From assembly GCA_964016885.1 (NCBI GenBank), contig OZ024740.1:437782001-437846000 (forward strand): DNA of 64,000 nt, in the 5' to 3' direction. Shown here piece after piece: positions 1 through 12,399 of this stretch. The position numbers and the translations under genes were made by a program. Every line of letters starts with the position of its first letter. Positions within the stretch are counted from its first letter, which is position 1. The stretch is from Eledone cirrhosa (taxonomy: Eukaryota). The notes beneath the pieces are model-generated. The model had not been told where the DNA came from, did not search any database, and saw only the letters and a program-made list of their open reading frames with translations.

Positions 1-465
1 AACTTCAAGTATCTCAGTGCTGTGTTCATGAGTGTTGGAAAGCAGGAGGCTGAAGAAAGTGCAAAAATTGCAGGAGCTGGTGCAGTAATGCATCAGCTTC
101 AGCATTCAGAAGAAGGGAAGTAAGTGTACACTCCAAACTCTCTCTTCAATTTAGTATTTGTGCCAACCCTTTGGGTAATGACCGAAATAATACGATTGTG
201 AATACACGCAGACGAAATGGGATTCCTCTTAATGGTCTTTGGAATAACGTTACTTGATAGAGTGTGTAGCTCAGAGATGAGAGAGTCACTCCAGGTAGAG
301 CTGCTACCTCTCTGAATTGAGAGATCACAGCTCCAATACTATGGGCATGTGGTTAGAATGTCTGGAAAAAATTACTGGACAGATTATACGGACAAAGCCA
401 ACTGCCATTAATGAGAGGATAAGTGGGGGAGCAGGGACTACTAGACAAGAGAAGGTGACAAACTT
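1..465 (+). mobile_element. Degenerate RTE-clade LINE fragment (family A, post-RT/C-terminal region)
   Basis: Reads FKYLSAVFMSVGKQEAEESAKIAGAGAVMHQLQH, paralogous to FKYLRAMFTNDRKQEAEFSARIAGVGAVMCQLQH at 4827-5036(-). A frameshifted QLQYYGHVVRM motif follows. Confidence 0.8.
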
Positions 466-471
466 TACATC

Positions 472-840
472 TACTCTCGGGTTGCAAATAATAGAGGTGG
501 GGGGCTGGAGATTCGGTAATTATTCTAGGTTGCCTGTTGATTTAAAAAAAACAAACAGAATTAGTCGTTTAGTTTATATATTGAGACGCCAACCCATCCT
601 ATTTATTTTATAACGTGTAGGACTTCTTTTAATGTACTTTTTTTGTCATGTATAATGTTTTGTTTTTTTAATGTCTAAAGAAAATAGTCGCAGGAATGTT
701 ACCACTTAAAATAAAATTTCGCCGGAGATAGATTAGCAAAAAATTAATTAGTGGAATGGGGTGGAATAAGAACGGGGAGGGATGGAACAAATTTGAAAAA
801 TTAATACGCGGGTGGAATGATTATTCGTGACCCAAGAGTA
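472..840. mobile_element. MITE-like non-autonomous DNA transposon with TA-bounded terminal inverted repeats
   Basis: Left end TACTCTCGGGTTGCAAATAAT matches the reverse complement of the right end, TACTCTTGGGTCACGAATAAT. AT-rich interior with no transposase. Confidence 0.65.
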
Positions 841-932
841 GTTCAGAGCAGTGCTGCGGCTGTGAATTCTTTTTAATTAATGTAATAATTCAAGGGAAGT
901 AACTCTCGATAACGTTGCTACGGACAACCAAG

Positions 933-1427
933 ATGACAAATGCTGGGAAAAAAATTACTATATCAGGAAAAGTTTTAGGACCGGAAACTGGACGCCAAAT
1001 AATTGAAGCTATAAATAATGGAAATATCGCAGTTGTTCGTAAGTTATTGCGAGCGGGAATCGACCCTAATATCCGAGATGAGGACAACCAGTCTTTGATC
1101 AATATTGCTAGCCGTTTAGGAGATCTAGAAATATTAAATACACTTCTTGAAAAGGAAGCTTTGGTTAATGCCTCCACTGGTGATGGTCGTACAGCTTTAC
1201 ATGTAGCTACTAAAGCTAACCACCAACACATTGTTAGAAGACTTCTCGACGTTGGGGCTTCGACAATGGCCAGAACTTTATCCGGATTAAAGCCGATTGA
1301 CTTTGCAAAATATGAAAGTCGAATTTGGTATATGTTGAAATATGCTGAGATAAGACAAAGAGAGAAGGGAACCGGGCTTCTATATCGTCCTTCCATGTCA
1401 CCCAAGAAAGCTCGTCGAAACTGGTAA
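933..1427 (+). CDS. Intronless ankyrin-repeat protein (~164 aa, about 3 ANK repeats)
   Basis: ATG at 933 in CAAGATG context (track ORF 915..1427 uses an upstream TTG). ANK motifs AINNGNIAVVRKLLRAGIDPN, ASRLGDLEILNTLLEKEALVN, GRTALHVATKANHQHIVRRLLDVGA, GLKPIDFA. Basic C-terminus PKKARR. No stops or frameshifts. Confidence 0.85.
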   Translation: MTNAGKKITISGKVLGPETGRQIIEAINNGNIAVVRKLLRAGIDPNIRDEDNQSLINIASRLGDLEILNTLLEKEALVNASTGDGRTALHVATKANHQHIVRRLLDVGASTMARTLSGLKPIDFAKYESRIWYMLKYAEIRQREKGTGLLYRPSMSPKKARRNW

Positions 1428-1516
1428 AAAAACGAAAAAAAACTTCCAAATAGTTTTTCCCTTCTCCCCCAATATTTCTGGCCATGTACCTAAATTAGAA
1501 ATTATTATTATTATTA

Positions 1517-1740
1517 ACTGATCACCAAGTCGTGCCAATCGTCATTGGGGCGTTAGACACGGACCCTTAAGACTTTCATCAAAAGCCTTGAGATCCCTGA
1601 ATTAATAGGCAGTGCCCAAATTTCTTCCATCATTAGCACTGTCAGAATCTTACGTGATATATTGAGCCTCTGAGATCAGGGACTGTTCTCAGACCTATTA
1701 ACATGCTGCACCTAGCAACCAATTGCTAGAGAAACCTTAT
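1517..1740 (+). mobile_element. 3' tip of an R4/Dong-like (restriction-like endonuclease) non-LTR retrotransposon
   Basis: Translates VVPIVIGALDT, then after a frameshift IKSLEIPELIGSAQISSIISTVRILRDILSL* (TGA 1671-1673). This resembles the VPIVIGALG...GTARILRxVL C-terminus of R4/Dong elements. Abuts an (ATT)n tract. Confidence 0.55.
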
Positions 1741-1939
1741 TGTTGTTGAAAATTAGGTAAGTTAGATTAACGTTAATAGCCCCAACTGACGTTGTTTTGA
1801 CTAACAAAAATGGTCTAAGTAAGGCCCTACTTAGACTACTTTTCTAAGCCATTAACTTAATTCTAAGTTATCTTAACTTTCAAAAATTCGTAACTCAACA
1901 CTTTTAAAAAGTAGATTGTTTGCATTATTATTATTAATG

Positions 1940-2125
1940 ATTTCTAGTTTAGATACAAGGCCTGCAAATTTGGGGGCAGCGAAAAGTTGATTAAATCAAT
2001 ACCAATATTTGACTGGTAATTATTTTATCGACCTGGAACGATGGAGGGCACAGCTGGCCTCGACGGTATTTCAACTTAGGATGTAAAAGACTGTAACGAA
2101 ATGCTAGAAAACATTATATTCTGCT
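1940..2125 (-). mobile_element. Old copy of tRNA-derived SINE family 1
   Basis: Reverse complement contains diverged GAGG..CTGTGCCCTCCATCGTTCCAGGTCGATAAAATAA..ACCAGT and GGCCTTGT motifs shared with the copies at 32.3-33.1 kb. Confidence 0.7.
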
Positions 2126-2412
2126 AATCCAAGCTGATGTGCAACTAAATACCATTTTACATTGAGTCTGAATCCCACCAAAATCAATTTCCTTTCATCT
2201 TTGATAAAATAAGTGCTTGTCTGATAGTTAACGGAAAAGTTCTGAAACTCTACGGTCGTATTAAACCATGGTCGGGCCACTAGGCCCCACCTCTAAATTA
2301 ATATTTTCACCTACTACAGCAAAAACAATTGACGGCTTCTAAGCTTCATCCCAGTCAGTTACCTAAGTGTACTGGAATGAGTTTACCGAAGTTTTTTTTT
2401 AAATCAAATTGA

Positions 2413-2443
<31 letters not shown>

Positions 2444-4417
2444 AAAAAATGTTTAGACATTTTTACAACTCTAAATTCAGTTGTTTTATTAATTATTTCT
2501 GTAAATTGTTATATAGCACCTGTTTAACTATTATAGTTATTAACATCGCTCATAGTAATAGATCTGTAGAGTGAATGAAACCTGTTCTTTTGTGTGTCCA
2601 AAAGCAGCGTCCACTATAGAATTGGTTGTTTGACCCTGTTTTAAGTCAACATAAATTGGAGACCGCCCCCTCTGCACATTTATGTTTATGTGTGTGTTAA
2701 TGTGAATATTTTAACATCTTTGCAACTCATACCAATTTCTTTTGTTTTAACTTGCTATCTATCATATTAAATGTTGTCGACATGGCTGGCAGTGTCAGAT
2801 GACATTGTGTTTATGTATGCAGAACTATTAAAACAGTTTTAAACAACTTTTAACACGTAATTTGGTGAGTTTCAAACTAATTAATGATATCTTGTGGAGG
2901 CTGTCTTTTGATAAAATTCTCTGCTGTATCATTTATTTATCATGGTTTCTATTTTTGAATATATGTAGTATATCTGTCACTCAGCCTGCTAGAAATAGCA
3001 AATAAGTCACTCTTAATTTACATCCTTCGTGTCTTGGAAAACAAAACATTAAATAAGGTTTTTCGATAATACACTATTCATGAGAAAAAATGTCTGGATG
3101 GTTGAAGTTAGAATACTTTTCTTTTTAGGGGTGCTGCTAGGCTAGTCCGTCTTGCAACTGTTTTATGAGTTCCTGTTGTTGTTTAACCCTTGGTTAGTTC
3201 TTTGATTGGGTGTTAAATGACACCTTAAGCTCAAAACACTCTCAAGAATTTCTAATGTGTCTCTGTTTATTATAAATGTATCACTGACTTTAGTTCATCT
3301 AATTAACTCTTGATACCAACCTACCCCCAAACCAGCTCTGGGTCTCTGAAACAAAACCATCCATTTTAAAGAGTTTCTATTAAAATTTATTTTTTCTACA
3401 GAACCATTTGTTAAGTAATGTAGTGGGTAAATGTATTCTTTTCGGGATGAATGATAAAAAGAATAATGCCAGAATTGTGATGTTGACAACGTTTATTTTA
3501 CAATAACAATAATCACTTGTTGGTACACCGAACATCAAATAATAAATTTGTGACAGCAATTACCACTACATTATTTGCTGACTAGCTAATTCGAGCTAGC
3601 GTGTATGCATGTATACGACATAATAGACGTGAAATAACAGGAAGATGAAAATTTAGTGAAAAATATAGGTAAACCTACTGCATGTGTGCGTGTGTCTGTC
3701 TATCCTGTATAATCTTCGCTGGTAAAACATAGTATTCCGTTACAGTTACTATCTTAGTTATTAAATAATTAATTAGTAAATCCCTCAAAATTTCTTATTG
3801 AAATAAACTGGATTAGAAGTACGGTCATGAAAGGGTTACATTTTTCAAGAAATATCAAGCTCAAGGAATCATTTGACTCCTGTAAAGTTATGGATGCAGT
3901 CATGGCTGTGTGGTTAAGAAGTTCACTTCAGAACCTTCTAGTTTTGGATTCATCTGGAGCAAGTAATTTCTCTTTAGTTTTAAGTCAACTAAAATCTTAT
4001 GAGGGAAATTTTGTCATAAATAAAAAACAACAAAAGCAGTAGTATGATATTTTTTTCCTAGTAGGCAAACTTGAAACGTTGACACTTGATTGATTAAGAT
4101 TACAGGCATGAGCTATAAAATATAGTGGTCTAAGGGTTGAAGAACTAAATAGGGACCCATGGTTATTTGATGACCTCTTAAAAGAAACCACTCAGTCTCC
4201 TTAAATTTTCTTCCTCCTTATAAAATTTCTCTCGGAGGCCCTAATCTTGTGTGCGTGAAAATTCAATGCTTTTCCTGTATGGAGAAGTTACCACACAAAA
4301 GTCCCATCTTATTTTCAACAATGTATCCAGGTTTTTATTACCCAGTATGCCCTTCCTTTTTTTAACACTCTAGTACCAAACTAATCTAAAGGGTTTATTT
4401 ATCTTTAAAAAAATCTT

Positions 4418-5460
4418 CTCCTCCTCGTTCTTTGCCCACTTATTCCTGAGAGGGTTGTTGGGGCAGAGCTCTCAAGCAAACATTTCCAACTGGATCTCCA
4501 AGCAAATGGATGTTATCCAACCATTTTACCTGAGATCTACCCCTAGGTCTCCTGCCATTTGGGTTTGCTCATAAAATCTGTTCAGTGATTCTTTCCTGAG
4601 CCATTCTAACCACATGCCCATAGTATTGGAGCTGTGCTCTCTCAATTTGGAGAAGTAGCGGCTCTACCAGGAGCAACTCTCTGATCTTTGAGTTACGCTC
4701 TCTATCAAGTAACATTGCTCCAAAAACCCTTCGGAAGAAACCCATTTTGTCCACTTGTATTCAGAATTGTATTATTTTGATTATTACCCAAGATTCTTGA
4801 CCATACATAAGGGTTGGCACAAATACTCAATTGAAGATAGCGACTTGGGCTTTTACACCTACCTCCTTTCTTCTGATTACCAAATGTTGAAGCTGGCACA
4901 TTACTGCACCAACTCCTGCAATTCTTGCACTGAATTCAGCCTCCTGCTTTCTATCATTTGTGAACATGGCCCTGAGATACTTGAACTTCTCCACATGCTT
5001 CAGTGGAATTCCATTTACATGTAGAGTGTATTGCACAGGCTTCCCTGAGAAGATAAACTTATCAAGTGCATATCAGAGACCTCAGCCTCCAAGAGTTTTG
5101 TCATCGCTCCCAGATGCATCTCGTGTACATCAGACGATGCTGTTGTGATCGGGTTTAGTAGATCAGCAAAGTTTTCTATCCACCTTGAGGATGCTCCTCT
5201 CTCAATAGAGAACCCCAGATGCATTCCTGATAGCAGACAAGGAAGGACTTCTTATTGCGAGGTCAGCAGATGGTCTGCCAGAACATTTTATTTGCTGATT
5301 TGAAGTTATATTCCAGCTTAACCCCAAAGTCCTCCCATGTCTTAACTTTGAATGCCTTTACTGTCACTGCTGTGACTTTTTATGCCTGCTTATCACGTAA
5401 ATGCAAGAAGGACTTATTTCTAAGCCAAGTTTTGTAGGCCTCCTTTGCTCATAATTTTAT
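4418..5460 (-). mobile_element. Internally deleted RTE-clade LINE (family A) with 3' end
   Basis: Minus-strand peptides RWIENFADLLNP, VEKFKYLRAMFTND, RNSKIRELLLVEPLLLQIERAQLQYYGHVVRM. The RT core is absent between these blocks. Confidence 0.8.
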
Positions 5461-6327
5461 AAAAACCTTTTGTTAAGGTATGTCCAAACAACAACTCCAT
5501 AATGGAAAAGTTGATTACATTACTGAATTACCTCACCCCACCATATTCTTGATTTTGTTTTTCAAGATTATTTGAAAATCTTATGCAGTAGAATAGAAGT
5601 ATTTAAAGGACCAGTGTTGTCACAGTGAATTTCTCTGCTAATTAAATCAAGCATTACACGTGTCTGTGGAATGCTCAGCCACTTGCATGTTAATTTCATG
5701 AGAAGACTGTTTCTTTGATTAAAATAAAAACTGAAACACTCATTGAAATTTATGGAGGCCAATTTCAATTTTACATAACCTGTTCTTGTTTTTATTGCCA
5801 TAAGTAGGAACTTTTGAAATTCCATGTTTTATAACTTCTTTTATTTTGATGCATAAATTGACAGACGTCATAACATTGCTCCATTATGTCTTTTATTTTA
5901 TTCCATAATTAAGATTGTTGAAAGCATAACTTGTTTCATTATTGAAGATTTTGACTATGCCTTCGATGTTAATCTATAGTTAAGATTATTTAAATTGTAG
6001 CAACTTTGCCTTCCATCCTTCTGCTAAAGTTGTGTGGTTGCCATAAATGGCAGTAAAACATTGTGTATTGTAGCATTCATAAAGTCAGGGAAGGCATTAT
6101 TTTTTTTTATTATTTGGTAAATATGAAGGAAGGGACAGTGCCCATAGCCTTCACAATCTCTCCAAAACTAGAAAAATTCAGGCTGTTGAGGTTCTACTTT
6201 TGCAAGTCGATTCCTGTAATAGAGAAATGATTGGGGAGGGAGATCCAGATCCAACATCCTCCATTTTCAACTTGGTCTACATGTAGGTATGTATATTGAA
6301 TGCTGGAAATTGTGTTATTTAGCTCTA

Positions 6328-6610
6328 AGTGGTTAGATCATTTAATTTACAATCATGTGACTGTGAGTTTGATTCCCAGACCAGGCAGTGCAGTGTGTCC
6401 TTGAGCAAGACACTTTATTTCATGTTGTTCCAGTTTACTCAGCTGTAGAAATGAGTTGGCACGTCACTGGTGCTAAGATGTATTGACCTTTGACTTTCTC
6501 TGGACAACATTAGAGGCATGGAAGGGAGACTGGCATGTATGGGTGATTGCTGGTCTTCTACAGAAACACTTTGCCCATGTTTGTACCTCAGATATGAACT
6601 TTCTAGATGT
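6328..6610 (+). mobile_element. tRNA-derived SINE family 2
   Basis: A-box-like GTGGTTAGA, B-box-like GTTTGATTCC, core GTGTCCTTGAGCAAGACACTTTATTTCA..CTCAGCTGTAGAAATGAG. A second copy is at 29531. Confidence 0.75.
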
Positions 6611-6654
6611 AAAAATGATGGTTGATGCAGATAAAAGGATGAGGGAGAGCTATG

Positions 6655-6815
6655 AGTAGTGTTGAAATGGAGGGTGATGCAGGGTAGAGCTAGGGGGAGG
6701 TGTTGAAATGAAGGGTGGTGCAGAGAAGAGCTAGGGGGAGGTGTTGAAATGGAGGGTGGTGCAGGGGGGAGCTGTTGAAATGGAGGGTGGTGCAGGGGAG
6801 ATACAAGGAGGGGGG
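6655..6815. repeat. G-rich degenerate minisatellite (~30-42 bp units)
   Basis: GTTGAAATGGAGGGTGGTGCAG(G) recurs four times with GAGCTAGGGGGAGGT linkers. Confidence 0.8.
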
Positions 6816-6899
6816 TATAGTTTTCATAGCAGATGGGCTTAGACGCCACTGAACACCATTACAAGAAAGAGATTGCTGCTACATTTATTCAGTCTGTTA

Positions 6900-7835
6900 A
6901 TCCCATATGATGCTCCAGATATGACGAATCTCCCCACAAATATCGATGGGAAAACTAAACCAAAGGAATTGTTCAAGATTTGTTTGCTAAAGAAACCAGC
7001 AGCCAGGCTCCTGCAATAACGACAAAGAATTCTAACAACTATGAAACTAACTTATTAAAGATGAACTAAAGGGTTTTGCAGGGATTCAGAATTGTAATGG
7101 AAGGGTACCAAAGTTACTTTCAGATGGACGTGAAGCACCAAGTTACCTATTTGGAAAGGTCAGGTCTTGAGGTAAGTTTTTTGATAATCTGGACAGTGCT
7201 GCATAATAGTAAATGAAAATTACCCCACCGTTGATAAAAATGGTAAGATCTACTGGAAGAGGATGTTGCTGGAATACCTACTTATCAGCTCAACATAAAA
7301 CAAGGTTATAACCCCTGTAAAGATGCTCTATCTATATAACTATATAAGGAGAAGCCCCAAATACAGACTAAAATCTTTTCTTCTATGTGATGGCGAGAAT
7401 ATATACATTGTGAATGCCAAAATTCACATAGGAGCATGTGAGGCAATGAAGTTGAGGAACTTATTTAATTGTCTGAATTTGTTGTATCAAGGTGAGAATT
7501 ATTGCCTTTATACTGATCAATTTTATTCTGCTATCTTGAATGAGTCTTTGCATGACATACATTTAACTGGAATTATTGTTACAAAAAAGGTTTTCATGGG
7601 AAGAACCAGATAAAGTATGGATTAAATTACATCATTTACATTAGACAAAGTCCAGTCTTCATCTGGTGTGACAAAGAGGAAAAATAATCTATTTTATCAC
7701 AACCACAGAACCACTAGTTGGGGAAGTTAACTAGGACCCAGGAACATAAATATATTGAATTGGTTTGTTCTATTGATGTGAAAAATTGTAACAGGTATGA
7801 AGATGGTATTCATAGATATTATCAGCTTCCAGGAT
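6900..7835 (+). mobile_element. Decayed piggyBac transposase remnant
   Basis: Frameshifted motifs in piggyBac order: DELKGF, FGKVRS/IWTVLH, PKYRLKSFLLCDGENIYIVNAKIHIG, GENYCLYTDQFYS (cf. YTDNFYTS), WCDK, CNRYEDGIHRYYQL (cf. YNxxMGGVDxxDQ). Confidence 0.75.
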
Positions 7836-7849
7836 AGACAAGATAGTAA

Positions 7850-8170
7850 AGATGTTTATGTTGACTGGGTGGATAGCCAAGTGACTGTAAACATGTTTAT
7901 GTTGACTGTGTTGATAGCCAGGTGACTGTAATGATGTTTGTTGACTTGATAACCAGGTGACTGAAAAATATGTTTATGTTGACTGTGTTTGTAGCTAAGT
8001 GACTAAATATGTTTGTTGACTGTGTTGATAACCAGGTGACTGTAAATGTTTATGTTGACTGTTGGTAGCTAATTGACTAAATATGTTTATGTTGACTGTT
8101 GATAGCCAGGTGACTGTAAATATGTTTATGTTGACTGTGTTGATAGCCAGGTGACTGTAAATATGTTTAT
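7850..8170. repeat. ~40-bp minisatellite, about 8 copies
   Basis: Unit approximately ATATGTTTATGTTGACTGTGTTGATAGCCAGGTGACTGTAA. Confidence 0.9.
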
Positions 8171-8296
8171 TATCATCATCTTCATTGTCATAATTATGTC
8201 ATGAAATAACAAGCAGTGTATGAAACTATTATGCCAAGACTTCTTGTAAGAATGCAAGTAATGCATTCTTTATTACCAAAGAGTTTATGTTTAGCT

Positions 8297-10190
8297 GTTC
8301 GTGTATATAGCATGCATGCTTCGTTCCTTTCCAGTCTGCGCAGGTCCTCTGCACGTAATGCCCATGTCTCACTGCCATGTAACATTGCTGTTCGTATACA
8401 ACCATCATACAATCTGCCTTTCATTTTTAGGGAGAAACCTTTTGTGACCAACAGCGGTATAAGCTCTCTGAGCTTTTTCCATCCTGTTCTAACTCTGGCT
8501 ACTGTACTTTCAGAGCACCCTCCACCACTGCTGATTTTGTCACCCAGGTAATGGAATGTGTCCACTATTTCTATAGAACTATCTGGGCAGTAGGAGCTAG
8601 TATCCTGTGGGCACCTGCTACTTATTGCCCCTGAGCATTGGCCACATATAAAATCTACATTCTTAGATAGCTTGCCTGTGATCCCACTACATCTTTTATG
8701 TACCCATAGTTTGCATTTGAGACATAAAATGGAATTTCTACCTACTCCTTTCCTACACACTGAGCATGACCATTTCCCAGAGGGCACCTGTGCTCTATTT
8801 TCCTTTCTACATACTAGAACTTTAATCTTAGACAAGTTAACTTTAAGGCCTTTTGATTCTAGGCCATGCTTCCATGTTTTGAATTTCTTCTCTAGTTTGG
8901 CCATAGATTCAGCTACGCAAGTTAGATCATCTGCGTTTAGAAGTTCCCATGGGCTGCCTGAAGGACAATAATAAACAGGAGGGGGCTAAGGACAGAGCCT
9001 TGATGAACACCAACTTTTACGCTAAATTCTTCTCTATATTCATTGTTAATTCTAACCTTGCTGATTGTTTCTTTATACATTGCTTGTATAGCTCTCACAA
9101 GGCATTCATCTACACCTAGATTTCCAAGGGCCTACCAGATAATGGAGCAGGGGACTTTGTCAAAGGCTTTCTCCAAGTCAACAAAAGCTAAGTATAGGGG
9201 TTTACTTTTAGCTGGGTACTTCTCCTGTAGTTGTCGTACAAGGAAAAGTTACCTTGACACAAACCCAAACTGCATTTCATCTCGATCAATTCGATCTCTG
9301 ATTAGTTGTGCTATAACTCTTTCTGTGACCTTCATGACCTGGTCAACTAACTTAATGTCTTTATAGTTTCCCCTATTTAGAGCATCTCCTTCACCCTTGT
9401 AGCAGTTAACGATGATGCTGCTATGCCAGTCATTTGGTATGACCCGATTCTGTATTACTTGGTTTACTATCCGGGTGACCATAGTATGTCCCACCATGCC
9501 AGATGCCTTCAACATCTCAGCAACTATCCCTGAAGGCCCAGCTGCCTTGCCTGTCCTCATATCTTTGATTGCCTTACTTATTAACTTGCACTGCTGGTCG
9601 CTCTATTGGATCGATTTGGGGCAGACTATCTTTTTTCCATTTATTCTCCTCATTTAGTAGTCTCTCGTAATGATACTTCCAAGCTACCTTCTTATCAGCA
9701 TCAGTGAGGGCAAGTACGCCATCATTACAGACACACTTCTCCCCGACAATATCACAATTTTCCTTCACACATTGTCTTACGATCCTGAACACCTTGTGTT
9801 TTAGAACATGCTTGAACTTTCTGTCCTCTGCTTCCCTTCTTGCAAGGTGCACTTGTCTCCTAGCTTCTCTCCTGGCTACTTGATAGTGTTCTCTACTTCC
9901 CCCATACTTTCCAAGCCTGCTTTTTTGGCCTTGATTGTCTCCTCCACCACCAAGTTACTCTCCTCCTGCCTGAGGTCTCCTCCAGCCTCAGATTTCATCT
10001 GTCGCCTTCAGCAGGTTAACTTTCAAGAATTCCCACTGTTCCTCTATATTGCACGTCTTTAATTGCTCTTCCTTACTGTCAAAAGCATCAAGCAATATGC
10101 TTTTAAATTTGTTACTGGTTGTGGGGGTTCTTCAACTTCCATATTCTTCTCCTCAAAGTAGTAGTCCTCTGTTGTCGAGTATGTCTAGTC
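8297..10190 (-). mobile_element. RTE-clade LINE (family B), RT region, frameshifted, 3' end missing
   Basis: Peptides GKAAGPSGIVAEMLKA, NYKDIKL, MQFGF, FVDLEKAFD, GVHQGSVLSP, ADDL, Cys-rich insert, FHYLGDKISSGGG, MLHGSETWAL. Confidence 0.92.
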
Positions 10191-10327
10191 CTGAATGAAT
10201 ATTACGTTATTTATCTACTAGATTACATGCTCTTGATTAAACATAAATAAACTTATATATAATGTATTTCTTATTTGAAGATTCATTTCTCTTAAAACAT
10301 TTATAGCGGAATACTTGTTTGTATGAA

Positions 10328-10662
10328 TGTAACAAGGAGACATGGTTTGTGTGTATAATATTTAATTAACAATATGTGAATGTATAGAACAGTATAAGTG
10401 ACAAGTCAATGAATAGATGTAAGAATGAAACAAAGTTATTAGTTACCGTTTGATTGCCAGACGAACGTGGCTGGCAGAAGACGCCTGTCGAAGCCAGGCG
10501 CCAGAAGGGCAAATGAGAGATGGAGAACTTAAAGTTGTTAGTTTTATAGGGCTCTGCCGGAAGTGATAAAAAGGGTTCTATCACTCCAACTACTTCCCGT
10601 CTAGAGAGCGTTACTCCATTGGTGATGCGAGTGTCACAACAAGGGAGGCAACTCCTGCTACA
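10328..10662 (-). mobile_element. Probable solo LTR (~335 bp)
   Basis: TG...CA ends with imperfect terminal inverted repeats (TGTAACAAGGAG / TGTAGCAGGAG). Minus strand has TATA-like CCTATAAAA and a downstream ATTAAA. No clear TSD. Confidence 0.55.
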
Positions 10663-11545
10663 CATTTAAATGTCAATTTCTGTTAGTGTTCATTATATCA
10701 TTTTCATAATATTTTGCCATAATGCCATTTATATATAATAGTCTTTTTTAAATGTATCATGGATTAGTTTACTGATTACAGAAGACAGTGTAACACAGTC
10801 TTCGTTCAATTTCTGTGCATATTGTCAATTATGATTTTATTCATAGTTGTGTAAATACCGTTACAAATGTAGTTTTATTTTATTGTTTTACAAACATAAG
10901 AAATAAAAAGGCAAAAGAAAAAGAAAAAAAAACACACAAGCAAGTAATACACACACACAACAAATGGCAAGTGAAAGGGATGGACAAACGAACTGCTGCC
11001 AGAACAAAAGATGACATCACAAGGAGCACTGGAAAAACTCTAATAACTTTTGAGGCAAGCCAACATGCTCACAGCATTACCTGGGGTGATGGCGAGGCTT
11101 ATGCACTGGAACAGCCAAGTGCTTTTATGAACACTACCTGTTACCTCGGTTAGGTGAACCCCCAGTGAAGACAATTTACTTTTCTATTTACATATCATAT
11201 CTATATGCATACTACATATGCTAGCAGAAAACTGCCTGCAGAGTGGTTTTCCTGCTAGTATTTTTTAATAACTTCCTCAGAAATTGAGAAAAAACTTGGA
11301 AAATTATGAAAAAAAGATATTTTTTAGAAAAGTTTTTGTATCCTGCTTTTTTTCTGTTACTATGATACCTTTCTTCAATATGACCAAGTTTCACAGAATT
11401 CTATTTAGTAATAATGTTGCTGTGAATGGTCATTGCAAGAATATTGATGTCAGAGTAAACTACCCAAAATGACCAAAACAAATGTGATATGCTTTACATA
11501 AAAATGACTAAGGTGTAAGGATTTAAACAAACTGTTATAAATTCA

Positions 11546-12295
11546 CATCATCATCATTTTTATGTCTGTTCTTCCACAGTTGCACGGGTTAGATGATTCT
11601 CAGCACAGCATCTCTTCACTGGCTGCGTTTCGAAACCAAACTGAATCTCGTCAAATTTGACTTTCCCTAATTAACTGCATTATAACTATCTCTTTCATAA
11701 TTTGATCCATTAGTTTTATCCCTCTGTAGTTGCTCTTTTCTAGAGCATTACCTTTGCCCTTGTAGCAATGTGTGATTGTACTGCTGTACCAGTCATTGGG
11801 AATGTCCTTGATTACCTGATTGGTTATGTGGGTTACTAGTTTGACTCCTACCTCTCCCAATGCCTTTAGCATCTCAGCAGTTATCTCTGTTGGTTCTGCA
11901 GCTTTACCATTCTTCATCTCTTTTATTGCTTTTCTTACCCTGTAACTGTCAACTTCAATAGCTGGTCCTTCTGTTGGGTAAGTTGACAGTAGTCTCTCTT
12001 CCTCCCATTCATCAGTTTCTCATAGTAACATTTCCAGGCTTCTTTCTTTTGGGCATCAGTGGTGCTAAGTGTACCAGCGTCATTTCTAATACATAAAAAT
12101 GTATTAGAAATGACAACATCTCGGTTTACACTAACACACTACCTTGTAATTTCACATCTCTTGTCCTTACGTCTCAAAACATTTACAAACTTTCTTTTTT
12201 TAGCTTCTCTCCAAGCTGTGTATATTTGCCATCTAGCTTCTCTCTTAGCAATCTACTACTGGTCACTGCTACCCCCATTTTTCCAGTCTTTCCAA
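11546..12295 (-). mobile_element. Internally deleted RTE LINE
   Basis: (CAT)n tail and 3' terminus at 11546-11620 joined directly to the pre-RT block MKNGKAAEPTEITAEMLKA...NYRGIKLMDQ and upstream linker. Confidence 0.85.
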
Positions 12296-12399
12296 TTTAT
12301 CATAATGCAAATAAAAAAAAATAAAAAATTTGTTGATAGTTTTCAGCTAGATTTCAGATATTCCTCTGTAAAATAAACAAAAAATTCAGGTATATTAGA

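Noticed and set aside
890-1405. 171-aa minus-strand ORF
   Set aside because: Antisense shadow of the ankyrin ORF.
1813-1836. Helitron 3' hairpin (GTCTAAGTA...TACTTAGAC)
   Set aside because: The hairpin is real but AT-rich and is not followed by a CTRR end. The hairpin at 11221-11258 is likewise unassigned.
5779-5973. Minus-strand exon (LWNKIKDIMEQCYDVCQF...)
   Set aside because: Every frame contains stops between the candidate splice sites.
6439-6849. Pro/His-rich 136-aa ORF
   Set aside because: Spans a G-rich minisatellite and a SINE.
10815-11153. 112-aa plus-strand ORF
   Set aside because: Runs through poly-A and (CA)n tracts; no motif or clear splice boundaries.
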